A stretch of 64,000 bases of DNA from Planctomycetota bacterium (GTDB lineage Bacteria > Planctomycetota > UBA1135 > UBA2386). Numbering within the stretch: position 1 is the first letter of the stretch; every line of letters starts with the position of its first letter. The DNA lies in assembly GCA_965228735.1 (NCBI GenBank), contig OZ245838.1, positions 3,456,001-3,520,000 of the forward strand, read 5' to 3'. The notes under the pieces were generated by a model, which searched no databases, was not told the origin of the DNA, and was given only the letters and a program-made list of their open reading frames with translations. A program made the translations under genes and the position numbers. Shown one piece after another: positions 9,955 through 19,640 of the stretch.

Positions 9955-11334
9955 TCAGAAGTCGAAGCGCAGCGCGACGAGGACGTTCGAGTTGTTGGGG
10001 AACAAGGCGAAGAAGCCCGGCTCGCTGCGGTCGATCTCGAACCAGCGCAGCCCGACCTCGAGCTGGAGGTCGCGGTGGATCATGCGCAGCTGTCGCTCGA
10101 AGATTCCCTCCGCGAACCACTCCTCGCCGCTGGCATCGACGACCGCGCGCAGTTCGAAGCTCGTCCGGTCGAAGTCGTTCGCCTCCCAGAACGCGCGCAC
10201 CACGAGGTCGTCGGAGAACGGCCGGAACCGCGACGTCGGGTCGTTCGCGCCCGTCTCCCCCACCCACTCGACCGTCGCCGTGATCTGGTCCTTGTCGGTG
10301 AAGACGTTGGGGAACAGCCGGTCGAACCCGAACGCGTACTGCAGGTACTCGTCGGCGAGCATCGCGGGCCGGCCGTCGAACCGGTACGGGATCTTGTAGA
10401 CGACCTCGGCCTTGAGCGTGTACTCGGCCAGCGACTCGAGGTTGGGCACCGCGCGGAAGCCGCCGCCGACGGTCCAGACGCCGTAGTAGACCGGCGTGAG
10501 ATCGACGCCGCCGCCCGCGTTCGGCGTGACCCCGAAGTCGGGGAAGCGCTCGGGGCCGCGCGCGACGACGAACTGCAGATCGGCGTTGGCCGGCGTCGTC
10601 GTCAGCGTGTTCTGCGTGCGCAGCGCGAAGAACCAGCGATCGAGCCCACCGGGTCGCAGGCCGTCCTCGTCGCGCAGCTCGTTCGGCGGCGTCGCGAGCG
10701 AGAAGCGGTTCTCGTCGGTCGGGAAGCGCGCCGTCTGCAGCACGGGGATCGCGTAGAGCGAGACGATCGGCTCGCCGACGACGTCGCCACCGGGCAGTCG
10801 CCAGCGCCACCGAACGCCGAGCTCGCCGAGCCGCGCCGGATCGAGCGGGTCCTCCGCGAGGTCGCGCCGATTGAGCACGTCGACGGGATTGAACGTGTCC
10901 GCGATGCCCCAGTTCTCGACGAACTGCCCGACGCGCAGGTCCGTGGTCTCGCCCGTCCACGTCGCGTAGGCCTCGAGCGGCAGCGTGCGGACGAGGTCGT
11001 CGTCGAGCGCGTCGATGAGGAAGCGCGGGCGGAAGTAGGCGCCGATCGAACGGGTGATCTCGAGGTCGAACTCCACCTCGAGCTCCTGCACCCATTGCGC
11101 GTCCCGGCGACCGTCGCCGCTGCGGCGATCCTTCACGAACAGCCGCGCGCGCGACTCGAGGAAGCCGCGGATGCCGGTGACGCGCAGGCCGCCGGATTCC
11201 TGGCCCGTGGCCGCGGGATCGTCGAGTCCCTCGAGGTCGTCGAAGCCCTCGAGCCCCTCCAGCGGGTCCTGGGCGATCGCGGCGCCCAGGCTCGCCGCGA
11301 CCAGCCCGGCAACCACGCGCGCGCCGACGGTCAT
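9955..11334 (-). CDS. Outer-membrane beta-barrel protein (DUF1302-like) of the MMPL operon
   Basis: ATG 11334 overlaps the upstream stop; signal peptide; DLRVGQFVENWG.AD.FNPVD motif; C-terminal LRFDF. Confidence 0.8.
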   Translation of the reverse strand: MTVGARVVAGLVAASLGAAIAQDPLEGLEGFDDLEGLDDPAATGQESGGLRVTGIRGFLESRARLFVKDRRSGDGRRDAQWVQELEVEFDLEITRSIGAYFRPRFLIDALDDDLVRTLPLEAYATWTGETTDLRVGQFVENWGIADTFNPVDVLNRRDLAEDPLDPARLGELGVRWRWRLPGGDVVGEPIVSLYAIPVLQTARFPTDENRFSLATPPNELRDEDGLRPGGLDRWFFALRTQNTLTTTPANADLQFVVARGPERFPDFGVTPNAGGGVDLTPVYYGVWTVGGGFRAVPNLESLAEYTLKAEVVYKIPYRFDGRPAMLADEYLQYAFGFDRLFPNVFTDKDQITATVEWVGETGANDPTSRFRPFSDDLVVRAFWEANDFDRTSFELRAVVDASGEEWFAEGIFERQLRMIHRDLQLEVGLRWFEIDRSEPGFFALFPNNSNVLVALRFDF

Positions 11335-12242
11335 CGGCCGCCCGAGATCGCGTCCGTCGTGAACTGCGCGTCGCTGAGGTTGGGGCGCGGCTTGCCGGTG
11401 CGCGGGTTCTCGTAGAGCGCCATGTTCAGCAGCTGGTTGGTCGACTGGATCACCGTGCGCTTCTTGGTCTGCTCGTTGCGCATCTCGAGCTTCATCGGCC
11501 GCCAGAACCGACCATGACGGTGCTTCCACTCGTCGTTCTCGAGCACTTTCAGCAGCCGGTCCGCCTTGTCGAAGAACTCGATGCGTTCCTGCCGCCACAG
11601 CTCGCGATGCAGGTAGATCACGAGGCGCGAGTAACCCGTGTCGGCGTAGCGCGGCCGGGCCTCGAGCGCATACACCGGCGCCTCGCCGGCGGCCGCGTCG
11701 ATCGTCTTCTCCTCGAGGAAGCGCCAGTCGTACTTCGACACGATGCGGTTGCTGAGGTCCTCGTAGGTGAACTCGGTGCCCTGGAAGCTCGCGGTCTTGT
11801 TCGCGCCGGAGATGCGGCGCGTGCGCTTCGTCGCGGGCAGGTAGAGCCAGTTGTCGTCGGTCGCGTCGGGGTGCTCGTGGGTGAGCGCCGCGACGCCCTT
11901 GATCTCGGCGGGCGACAGGAAGCGAACGATCGACTTGTCGCCGTCCGGCTTCTCGAGCACGAGCTGCACCGTCCGGCGCTGGACGGAGTCGCCGCTGCTG
12001 TCGAACAACGTCATGTTCGACACCGCGTACGAGTCCTTCCAACCGGAGTCGAAGAGATCGGCGTAATCGGCGAGCTGGCGGCCGTAGACCGCCGGGTCGC
12101 TCTTGTCGAAGTCGGGCAATGCGGGCACGGGCACGCCGGCGGTGTTCTTCACGTCCTGCGCGGACAGGAACGTGGCGGGCACGGCCGCCATCGCCGCGAC
12201 CGCGACGAAACCGGCGAGAACGGAGCGATTCGAGGGGATCAT
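11331..12242 (-). CDS. Outer-membrane lipoprotein-sorting protein (LolA-like)
   Basis: Signal peptide; F.SPA.IKG.A.L...D.NWLYLPA.KR.RRIS....SF.GTEFTYEDL family motif. Confidence 0.9.
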   Translation of the reverse strand: MIPSNRSVLAGFVAVAAMAAVPATFLSAQDVKNTAGVPVPALPDFDKSDPAVYGRQLADYADLFDSGWKDSYAVSNMTLFDSSGDSVQRRTVQLVLEKPDGDKSIVRFLSPAEIKGVAALTHEHPDATDDNWLYLPATKRTRRISGANKTASFQGTEFTYEDLSNRIVSKYDWRFLEEKTIDAAAGEAPVYALEARPRYADTGYSRLVIYLHRELWRQERIEFFDKADRLLKVLENDEWKHRHGRFWRPMKLEMRNEQTKKRTVIQSTNQLLNMALYENPRTGKPRPNLSDAQFTTDAISGGR

Positions 12243-12252
12243 GATCGTTTCT

Positions 12253-15213
12253 CTAGGTCAGCGCGGCGCTCTGCGAGCCGCTCGTCGCGGAGTCGGTTGC
12301 AGCCGTGCGGGCCGCACGGTTGGGGTCAGGCAGCAGCGCGAGCACGGCCGGCGTCACGACGAAGTCCGCGACCCAGGCGAGGCCGATCATCACGGCCGCG
12401 AGCTTGCCCATCATGGAGTTCGGCGCGAACTCACTGAAGATCAGAACAGCGAATCCGAGCACGAGCGTCAGCGTCGTGAACGTGAGCGCGTTGCCGATCG
12501 TGTAGAGCGCCTCGCGCACGGCCGCGATCGTGTCGGCCCCCTTCCGACGCGCGCGGGTGAACTTCGTCAGCAGGTGGATCGTGTCGTCGACCGCCACGCC
12601 GAGCGCAACGGACGAGACGAACACCGCGGGCCCGTCGACGGGGACGCCGAAGAGTCCGAACATGCCGATCGGCACGAAGATCGGCAGCACGTTGGGGATG
12701 ATGCTGACGAGCCCGAGCACGACCGAACGGAAGATCACCATGATGACGAGCACGATCAGGACGAGCGCGATCGACATCGACAGGATGAAGGAGTAGGAGA
12801 ACTTCTCCGTCATGCCGGCGTAGAGCAGCGCCTTGCCCGACAGGGTCATCGACGCGAGCGCCTCGCCGTTCTCCACCTGCGCCGGCGTGCCGGTGAGGAG
12901 CGGAAACTCCGTCTCCGCGATCGTCCGGATGCGATCGAACGCCGCCTGCTGCGACTTGCTCGCCCCCTGGCGCACGCGGCCCTGGTAGCGCACCGTGCGC
13001 CGATCCGGACTCACGAGCGTCGACAGGTTCTCCGCCGGCTTGGCGCCGTTCTCGTATTGCAGGAAGTACTGCGCCGCGAGCGTCGAGGCGTTCTGACCCG
13101 GGATCCACTCGAGGTCCCCGAGCACTTCGTCGACGTAGAGGCGGGGCTGCTGCGCGTCCGCCGGCACGTCGGCCTGCACCGGCGGCCGGTAGAACGCGGC
13201 GTCGCTCTGATTCTGCACCTGGTTCATCTTGCGCAGCACGTCGAGCGCGCCGTCGAGCCGGGTGATCATCCGCAGGTCCGATTCGGGCTCCGCCATCTCG
13301 TCCCGCAGCCGGTCGGTGAAGCGTTCGAGCTCCGTGAGGAACCCCGCGGACACGGCGATACGGCGGCGCTGGAAGTCGGCTTCGGCGCTCGCGAGCTCGG
13401 CCAGTTCGCTCCGCTCCGCAGCCGTCAACGGCGTGGCGAGATCGCGCTCGGCACCGAGCTGGCGCGCCCGGAGCTCGCCGATGCGCTGCTGGCGTGCGAG
13501 CTGGACCGCGTCACTCTCCGGGCGAGCGGGCGCCTCGAACACGATCTCGAGGTCGCCCGATCCGCCGAGCCGCGACTCGATCCAGGTCATGTCGACCATC
13601 GTCACGTTGTCGTCGGGGAACATCGTCCGGAAGTCGGAGTCGAGCTCGATGCGCAGGACGCCGATCACGGCGAGCACGACGACGAGCGCGCTGACCGCGG
13701 TCACGGTGACGCGGCGGCGGATCACGACGTCGACGAAGCGCGTCGCCCAGTTCCGGGAGGGCATCGGCTCGGCAGACGGAGACCCGGAATCTGCCGGGTC
13801 CGCCGCGACGTTCGCCGCCACCTTCGGCAACGGCACGAGCGACAGCAACGCCGGCACGAGCGTCATCGAGGTGAGCCACGCGAAGATCGCACCGACCCCC
13901 GCCGTGTAGCCGAGCATCTGCAGCGGAATGATGTTGCCCGCCGTCAGCGAGTAGAAGCCGATCGCGGTCGTGAGCGTCGTGAGGAACACGGGCAGCGCGT
14001 TGATCCGGATCACGTCCGTGATCAGGGCCCGCTTGTCGGTGTAGCTGCCGCGCAGCATGAAGTAGGAGGCCACGAGGTGGATCGCATCGGCGATCGACAC
14101 GGCCGTGATCATGTTCGGCGCGCCCGCGGTGATGTTGTTGAGCAGGTCACCCCAGAGGAACACCGTCGCCACCATCCCGAAGATCGACGAGAACACGACG
14201 ATCATCGGCGCCGTCACGCCGACCACGCGGCGGAACAGCAGGGCCATCACGAGCACGATCGCGAGGAACATCCAGGCGACCATGCCCATGTCCTCCTCGC
14301 CGGTGACCATGAAGTTGCGTTCGATCGTCGGCATGCCGGCGATGTGGAACTCGCGGCCGTCGCCCGCCTCCGCGAGCGCGGTCTCGATCCCCGACAGGGC
14401 CGACCACTGCGCGTGGTTGCCGTGCATCGCGCCGCCGACGATCTGCGCGTTCTCGTCGTCGCCGAACGCCGCGAGCAGCTCGTCCTCGTCGATGCGCGGC
14501 CGCAGCACCTGCACCTGCAGAGCGGTCGTGCGGCCGTCCTCGCTGATCACGTTGCCGATCAGCCGTGGCTCGCCGATGTGATCCGCGAGCGCGCCGTCGC
14601 TCCCGACGATGTCACGAACGCGCGCCTCGCCGACGACGGCCGCCGCGCGTTCGCCGCCGAGCACCGCGATCATCCGCCGCACGATCTCGCGTTCGTCGTA
14701 GCTCGCAACGTCGCCGGCGAACAGGTCGGTGATGATCAGCCCTTCCTCGGCGGCCGCGCCGCCGACATCCTCGATCGTGCCCCAGCGGATCCACGGGTTG
14801 CTCGTGAGACTGCGCACGTGGCGCACGAACGGCACCTGCTCGATCCGCTCCGTCAGCCGCGCGATCGTCTGCAGCGCCGCGGGCGAGAACGCGCCGAGCT
14901 CGTGGTCGGGGACCTCGAACGCGACGAGCACGAAGTCCTCCGCCGCGAACTTGTCCTCGATCTCCTGGTAGAGCTGCAGCCCCGGATCCTCGGGGTCGAA
15001 CCAGATGTCGTAGCGCGCGTCGAAGACCTTGGGCTGCACGACCTCGGGCGGGTCGACCCGGAGCTGGTCGACCTGGGCCGAGAACTCACCGATCCGGCCG
15101 AAACCCGCGAACACCAGTGCAGCGATCGCGGCGAGCACGGCGAGCGTGGCCGGCCATCGCCAGCGGTAGAGCAGGTCCGCTGCGGCGGACGATTCGGTCT
15201 CGGGAGGGGTCAT
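12253..15213 (-). CDS. MMPL/RND-family transporter
   Basis: ATG 15213; two TM bundles with AVSIADAIHL and GVAVDDTIHL motifs and two large periplasmic domains. Confidence 0.92.
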   Translation of the reverse strand: MTPPETESSAAADLLYRWRWPATLAVLAAIAALVFAGFGRIGEFSAQVDQLRVDPPEVVQPKVFDARYDIWFDPEDPGLQLYQEIEDKFAAEDFVLVAFEVPDHELGAFSPAALQTIARLTERIEQVPFVRHVRSLTSNPWIRWGTIEDVGGAAAEEGLIITDLFAGDVASYDEREIVRRMIAVLGGERAAAVVGEARVRDIVGSDGALADHIGEPRLIGNVISEDGRTTALQVQVLRPRIDEDELLAAFGDDENAQIVGGAMHGNHAQWSALSGIETALAEAGDGREFHIAGMPTIERNFMVTGEEDMGMVAWMFLAIVLVMALLFRRVVGVTAPMIVVFSSIFGMVATVFLWGDLLNNITAGAPNMITAVSIADAIHLVASYFMLRGSYTDKRALITDVIRINALPVFLTTLTTAIGFYSLTAGNIIPLQMLGYTAGVGAIFAWLTSMTLVPALLSLVPLPKVAANVAADPADSGSPSAEPMPSRNWATRFVDVVIRRRVTVTAVSALVVVLAVIGVLRIELDSDFRTMFPDDNVTMVDMTWIESRLGGSGDLEIVFEAPARPESDAVQLARQQRIGELRARQLGAERDLATPLTAAERSELAELASAEADFQRRRIAVSAGFLTELERFTDRLRDEMAEPESDLRMITRLDGALDVLRKMNQVQNQSDAAFYRPPVQADVPADAQQPRLYVDEVLGDLEWIPGQNASTLAAQYFLQYENGAKPAENLSTLVSPDRRTVRYQGRVRQGASKSQQAAFDRIRTIAETEFPLLTGTPAQVENGEALASMTLSGKALLYAGMTEKFSYSFILSMSIALVLIVLVIMVIFRSVVLGLVSIIPNVLPIFVPIGMFGLFGVPVDGPAVFVSSVALGVAVDDTIHLLTKFTRARRKGADTIAAVREALYTIGNALTFTTLTLVLGFAVLIFSEFAPNSMMGKLAAVMIGLAWVADFVVTPAVLALLPDPNRAARTAATDSATSGSQSAALT

Positions 15214-15217
15214 CGAG

Positions 15218-15235
15218 CTACCTATCAGTAGGAAG
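15218..15235. promoter_or_regulatory. Putative TetR operator, copy 2 (CTACCTATCAGTAGGAAG), just upstream of the MMPL start
   Basis: Imperfect palindrome; 14/18 identical to the copy at 15877-15894. Confidence 0.7.
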
Positions 15236-15298
15236 GCTGGGTGAGGAGCGCGGTTCGGTCGTTCGGAGGGTAGAGGCGTGGATCGCAGGCCAATCCGG

Positions 15299-15865
15299 TC
15301 AGAGGCCGAGCGTGCGGCGCAGCTGGCGCACCACGCCACGGAAGAACTCGCGACCGAGCACGGGCTCGGCCTGGCGGGCCCCCTGCAGCGCGGCCATGAG
15401 CATCGCGGCCTGCTCCTGGGCCGCGCCGCGGAACGTGACCTCGCCCGCGGCGCGCGCCGCCTGCAGCAGCTCCGCGAGCTGGTCGCGGAACGCGGTCTTC
15501 TCGGCGGCAAGGGCGGTTCGGACCCGTTCGGACAGGTGCTCGACGTCGACCTCGAACGCGCCCGCCGGGCAGATCTGGTTGCCGAGGTCGAGCAGCACGT
15601 GCTCGGCGAGCTCGAGAATCCGGTCCAGGCCGTGCCCAGGACTCTGGGCCGAGCCGATCACGTCCTGCAGCATCGTATCGCTGCGCTCCCGCCAGAACTC
15701 CAGCAGGGCGACCCCGAGGTCGTCCTTGGTTGCGAAGTGATGGTGGATACTCGCTTTACGAATCTCTAGTTCGTTGGCCAAATCCTGATAGCTGAAGGCA
15801 GCAAAGCTCTTGTGGGAAAGGAGCTCGGCCGCGGTCTCGAGGATCTGGCGCTTGCGGTCGGTCAC
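15299..15865 (-). CDS. TetR/AcrR-family transcriptional regulator
   Basis: N-terminal HTH: RKRQILETAAELL...FSYQDLANELEIRKASIHHHFATKDDL. Confidence 0.95.
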   Translation of the reverse strand: MTDRKRQILETAAELLSHKSFAAFSYQDLANELEIRKASIHHHFATKDDLGVALLEFWRERSDTMLQDVIGSAQSPGHGLDRILELAEHVLLDLGNQICPAGAFEVDVEHLSERVRTALAAEKTAFRDQLAELLQAARAAGEVTFRGAAQEQAAMLMAALQGARQAEPVLGREFFRGVVRQLRRTLGL

Positions 15866-15876
15866 GAGCGGTCAAC

Positions 15877-15894
15877 CTACCTACTGGTAGGGAG
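15877..15894. promoter_or_regulatory. Putative TetR operator, copy 1 (CTACCTACTGGTAGGGAG), upstream of tetR
   Basis: Palindromic core CCTAC-TG-GTAGG; 11 nt upstream of the tetR GTG start; a second copy lies before the MMPL gene. Confidence 0.72.
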
Positions 15895-15967
15895 GCGCAC
15901 AACCCCGCGGCCATGAAATCTCGCGGAAGCCGGATGCAATCGGCCGAATCCGGTCTACTCCCCCGCC

Positions 15968-16750
15968 ATGAAGACCGGACTGCCCGCTCGCCCGTTCTGC
16001 ACCGTGGCAAGAGCCGCGCTCCTCGGCCTGACGTTCGGCATCGCGAGTGGCTGCGCCTACCTCCGCAGTCCCGTCGTGCCGATGCCAACCATGACGTTCG
16101 CGAGCCCGAATGGCGCCGCGGACACGCTGATCGTGCTGCTGCCGGGACTCGGCGACGTGCCGCAGACGTTCGTCGATCGCGGGCTCGTCGACCTCGTGCG
16201 CCAGGCCGTCCCCGACGCCGACATCGTCGCCGCCGATGCGCACATCAACTACTACCGCGAACGCTCGGTGCTCGACCGGCTCCATCACGACGTGATCACA
16301 CCGCGGTCCGCGCGATACGAGAACGTGTGGCTCGTCGGCATCTCGCTCGGCGGCCTCGGCGCGACGCTCTACGCGACCGCGCATCCCGACACCGTCGCCG
16401 GCATCATCCTGCTCGCGCCGTTCCTGGGCGAAGGCGAAGCCCTCACGGAGATCACGGCGGCCGGCGGGTTGGCGGACTGGACACCGCCCGAGGCAACGGC
16501 GATCGCAGCCATGCCCGAGACGCTCGAACGCCGCACGTACGAACTCTGGAGCGGACTGCAGCGCTGGACGGCAAGGGAACGCGACCCCCAGGTCTACGTC
16601 GGCTGGGGCACGGCCGACGACTTCGCGGCCACGAACGCACTGCTCGCCGACGCGCTGCCGAAGGGCCACCACACTTCCCAACCGGGCGGCCACACGTGGG
16701 GCGTATGGCGACCGCTGCTGTCACGACTGCTCGAGACCGCCCAACCCTGA
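15968..16750 (+). CDS. Alpha/beta-hydrolase lipoprotein (esterase-like)
   Basis: Lipobox ASGC; GISLGG nucleophile elbow; G.ADDF acid and GGHTW His. Confidence 0.88.
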   Translation: MKTGLPARPFCTVARAALLGLTFGIASGCAYLRSPVVPMPTMTFASPNGAADTLIVLLPGLGDVPQTFVDRGLVDLVRQAVPDADIVAADAHINYYRERSVLDRLHHDVITPRSARYENVWLVGISLGGLGATLYATAHPDTVAGIILLAPFLGEGEALTEITAAGGLADWTPPEATAIAAMPETLERRTYELWSGLQRWTARERDPQVYVGWGTADDFAATNALLADALPKGHHTSQPGGHTWGVWRPLLSRLLETAQP

Positions 16751-16813
16751 ACGTTACGAACGGCCTGAACAGACGAACCCCCTGAACAGACGAACCCCCT
16801 GAACAACGAACCC
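16746..16813. repeat. 17-bp tandem repeat CCTGAACAGACGAACCC (2 perfect and 2 degenerate copies)
   Basis: Perfect copies at 16764-16780 and 16781-16797, a 1-nt deletion copy at 16798-16813, and a degenerate copy at 16746-16763 containing the hydrolase stop. Confidence 0.85.
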
Positions 16814-16826
16814 TGGGAGCGGGCGA

Positions 16827-19607
16827 TCAGCGGCTGAGTTCCGACCAGCGCTCGTGCTCTCGGAGCAGCGTGTAGGTGCGCGACTCGGGATCGAACTCGG
16901 CACCTGCTGCCTGCGCGGCCAGCGCGTATTCCATCGCGAGGTCGAGCACGCCCGGGGCGCGTTCGGCCGTGACATTGGGCAGGCAGCGCAGCAGTTCGCG
17001 CGCGACGCGGAGCCTCGTCGCGGCGTCGAGTTGCAAACTGCCGAACTCGCGCGCGGCGAGCTCGAGCGCGGACCACTGCACCGTGCGCCGCAGCAACCAG
17101 CACAGCGACTTGTACTGCGACACGAGGAAGCGGTGCGCCCGCGCATCGGTCGGCGACTTCTCGAGGCGCAGCTGCAGGTGGTGGATCGCCGCGCGCAGTT
17201 CGACCTCGGCCTCCGCAAGGCGATCGAGCCCGATCAGCACGAGCGCGAGATTGCCCGACACCGCGCCACGGCGCCGGCGCAGATCCGCGGCATCGGGATA
17301 GATCCGCAGCAGACGGTCGTAGGCGTCCTTGACGCCCGCGCTCAGTTCGAGCGCACCCGCCCGATCCTTCTCGTAGTAGCGACAGAGAAAGCGCTCCTCG
17401 AGCGCCTTGGCGTACATCACGCTCGGCGTCGGCCAACCGATCTCCTCGGGCGGCATCCGGCTCGCTCCGGCGATCACGTCCTCGGCGATGACCCTCGCCT
17501 CGTCGAACCGCCCGCGCCGGCGAAGCTGCTGCGCGAGGTTGAGCTGCATGAGGTGCTTGAGCACGGCCCGCTCGGGCCCGAGTCCACCGCTCTCGAGCAG
17601 CTGGGTGAGCTCGTCGATGCCGCGCCGCAGCGCGCCCTCGGCGGCCTGAGGATCGTCCTCGGCCTGGTGCACCATCGCCTCCTGCGTGCCGAGCAGCGCG
17701 ATCTCCTTCGCCGCCGAGATGCGCCACCCGCTCGGCTCCTCGAGCAATCCACGGAACGTGGCGCGGGCCTCCGCGATGCGGCTCCGAGCGACCTCGAGCT
17801 CGCCGTCATCGACCGCCTGGTTGGCCTGCGCCGCGAGCGACTGACCACAGAGGAACACCACGAACGGGTCGCGGCCGGCTCGGAGGAACGCGCGCCCGAG
17901 GTCGAGGATCAGCTGGCCCGACTCGCGCGCCGCGGCGTCCTGACCGAGGCTCGTCTGCAGCTCGGCGATCTGTGACCATGCGCGCAACCGCAGCAGCTCG
18001 GCGCGCCGCGCGAACTTCTCGTCCAACACGAGCTGGTCGAACAGGGAGGTCGCGTCGTACAGGATTTGCAACGCGACCTCCTGCGTCGCCGGCGAGTTGC
18101 GCAGCCGTTTCTGCGCGACCCGGCTCAGCAACGACTCGACCGCGTCGATGCTGATCTGCACGCTGCGATCGGATCGCCCGATCTGGTCCACGAGCTCCTT
18201 GTTGGCCACATCGGCGCGCTCGACCTCTTCCGCGAGCCGCGCGTTCGCGACCTTCTGCTGCCAGAGCAGCAGCACGGGCAGCAGCACGAGGAACCCGGCA
18301 GCGACGCCGAGCCCGACGGCCAACGGGCGATGCCGCTGCAAGAACCGGCGCACGCGCACGCCGACCGGCAACCGGCGCGCGGTGATCGGCGTGCCGTCGA
18401 GCACGGCCTGCAGGTCGTCCGCGAACAGTCGCGCCGACGAATACCGGCGGGCGCGTTCGACGTCGAGCGCGCAGTCGACGACGATCGCGAGCTCGGGCGG
18501 GATGCCGGCGCGGTCCGGCAGTTCCTGCCTGGAGCCAGCGAGGATCTCATGCCGCAGCAGCTCGGCGTTCTTGGCGACGAACGGCGGCCGCAACGCGAGC
18601 AGCGACGCGAGCAACGCGCCGAGCCCGTAAACGTCGGTGCGTTCGTCGCTCGGCTCGCCGCGGACCTGCTCGGGCGCCATGTATGCCGGCGAACCGGCCG
18701 CCGTGCCGCTGCGCGTCAGCTCCGGGTGCTCGCGCACCTCGGCGAGCCCGAAGTCGAGGACCACGGCGCGCCCGTCCGAGCTGAGCATCACGTTGGACGG
18801 CTTGAGATCGCGATGCAGGATGCCGCGCGTGTGCGCGTGCTCGATACCGAGCGCCACGAAACGAACGAGCCGGACGACCGCCTGCCACCACGAGCCGTGG
18901 AACGTGTGATCGACGTTCGACGCGGTGTCGTCCTCCTGCCCGCCGAGCACGGTCCGCAGGTCGTCGCCCGTGAGTGTCGCAGGATCGCGATCGGAGCACT
19001 GCTTGATCAGGGCCTCGCCGCTGCAGCCGCGCAGCCGCGGCATCGCGTAGAACGGCACGCCATCGGCGTTGCCGGTCGCGAGGATCGGCACGATGGCCGG
19101 GTGCTCGAGCCGCGCAACCGCGTCGATCTCGCGGCGGAAGCGTTCGCGCGCGCCCTCGAACACCAGCAGTTCGGGCCGCACGACCTTGAGCGCGACCTCG
19201 CGCCCGAGCGAGGACTGCTCGGCGAGGTAGACGACCCCCATGCCGCCGGCGCCGAGCTCGCGCTTGATGCGGAAGTCTCCGAGGACCGTGGGCGCGACGG
19301 GCGCGACCGGCGCCTGCTGGGTCAGCAGGTCGACGCTGCGGAGCCCCGCGAGCGCCTCGCGCAGGTCGGGCGGCAGCCGTTCGGGGTCACCGAGGTGCTG
19401 TTCGAGGGCGTCGACCCCGTCGCGGTCGGCGATCTCGAGGGCCTCGGCGAGGCGGGTCTCGAGTTCGGCCGGGGTCGGCTCATGCGGCACCGGGTCGCTC
19501 ATCGGGTCAGCCGCATCGGCGCCGTTCTCGTGATCGGGAGCAGGCGACGCCGTCGGCTCGACAGGATCGGGTGGATCGGATTCGGAATTGTCGGAGGCGT
19601 GACTCAA
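16827..19607 (-). CDS. Ser/Thr protein kinase with a TM segment and C-terminal TPR-like helical repeats (start may be ATG 19502)
   Basis: [25 protein letters not shown] and APEQ motifs; TM helix; helical repeats. Confidence 0.92.
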   Translation of the reverse strand: MSHASDNSESDPPDPVEPTASPAPDHENGADAADPMSDPVPHEPTPAELETRLAEALEIADRDGVDALEQHLGDPERLPPDLREALAGLRSVDLLTQQAPVAPVAPTVLGDFRIKRELGAGGMGVVYLAEQSSLGREVALKVVRPELLVFEGARERFRREIDAVARLEHPAIVPILATGNADGVPFYAMPRLRGCSGEALIKQCSDRDPATLTGDDLRTVLGGQEDDTASNVDHTFHGSWWQAVVRLVRFVALGIEHAHTRGILHRDLKPSNVMLSSDGRAVVLDFGLAEVREHPELTRSGTAAGSPAYMAPEQVRGEPSDERTDVYGLGALLASLLALRPPFVAKNAELLRHEILAGSRQELPDRAGIPPELAIVVDCALDVERARRYSSARLFADDLQAVLDGTPITARRLPVGVRVRRFLQRHRPLAVGLGVAAGFLVLLPVLLLWQQKVANARLAEEVERADVANKELVDQIGRSDRSVQISIDAVESLLSRVAQKRLRNSPATQEVALQILYDATSLFDQLVLDEKFARRAELLRLRAWSQIAELQTSLGQDAAARESGQLILDLGRAFLRAGRDPFVVFLCGQSLAAQANQAVDDGELEVARSRIAEARATFRGLLEEPSGWRISAAKEIALLGTQEAMVHQAEDDPQAAEGALRRGIDELTQLLESGGLGPERAVLKHLMQLNLAQQLRRRGRFDEARVIAEDVIAGASRMPPEEIGWPTPSVMYAKALEERFLCRYYEKDRAGALELSAGVKDAYDRLLRIYPDAADLRRRRGAVSGNLALVLIGLDRLAEAEVELRAAIHHLQLRLEKSPTDARAHRFLVSQYKSLCWLLRRTVQWSALELAAREFGSLQLDAATRLRVARELLRCLPNVTAERAPGVLDLAMEYALAAQAAGAEFDPESRTYTLLREHERWSELSR

Positions 19608-19640
19608 CGTCGGGACCGCAATGAGGATACCCTACGGCAC

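Noticed and set aside
12103..15231. Very long overlapping ORFs (e.g. 12103-15231 +, 46051-49050 -, 55989-59078 +, and most of 23031-26021 -)
   Set aside because: Antisense shadows of real genes. High GC suppresses stop codons, and the translations are Arg/Ala-rich with no motifs.
15735..15820. Locally lower GC inside the 5' part of tetR, suggesting foreign DNA
   Set aside because: It encodes the conserved HTH in frame, is too short, and has no mobility signatures; it may simply hold a promoter for the divergent gene.
16746..16813. Possible mini-CRISPR
   Set aside because: Units are 17 bp and directly adjacent, with no spacers and no cas genes.
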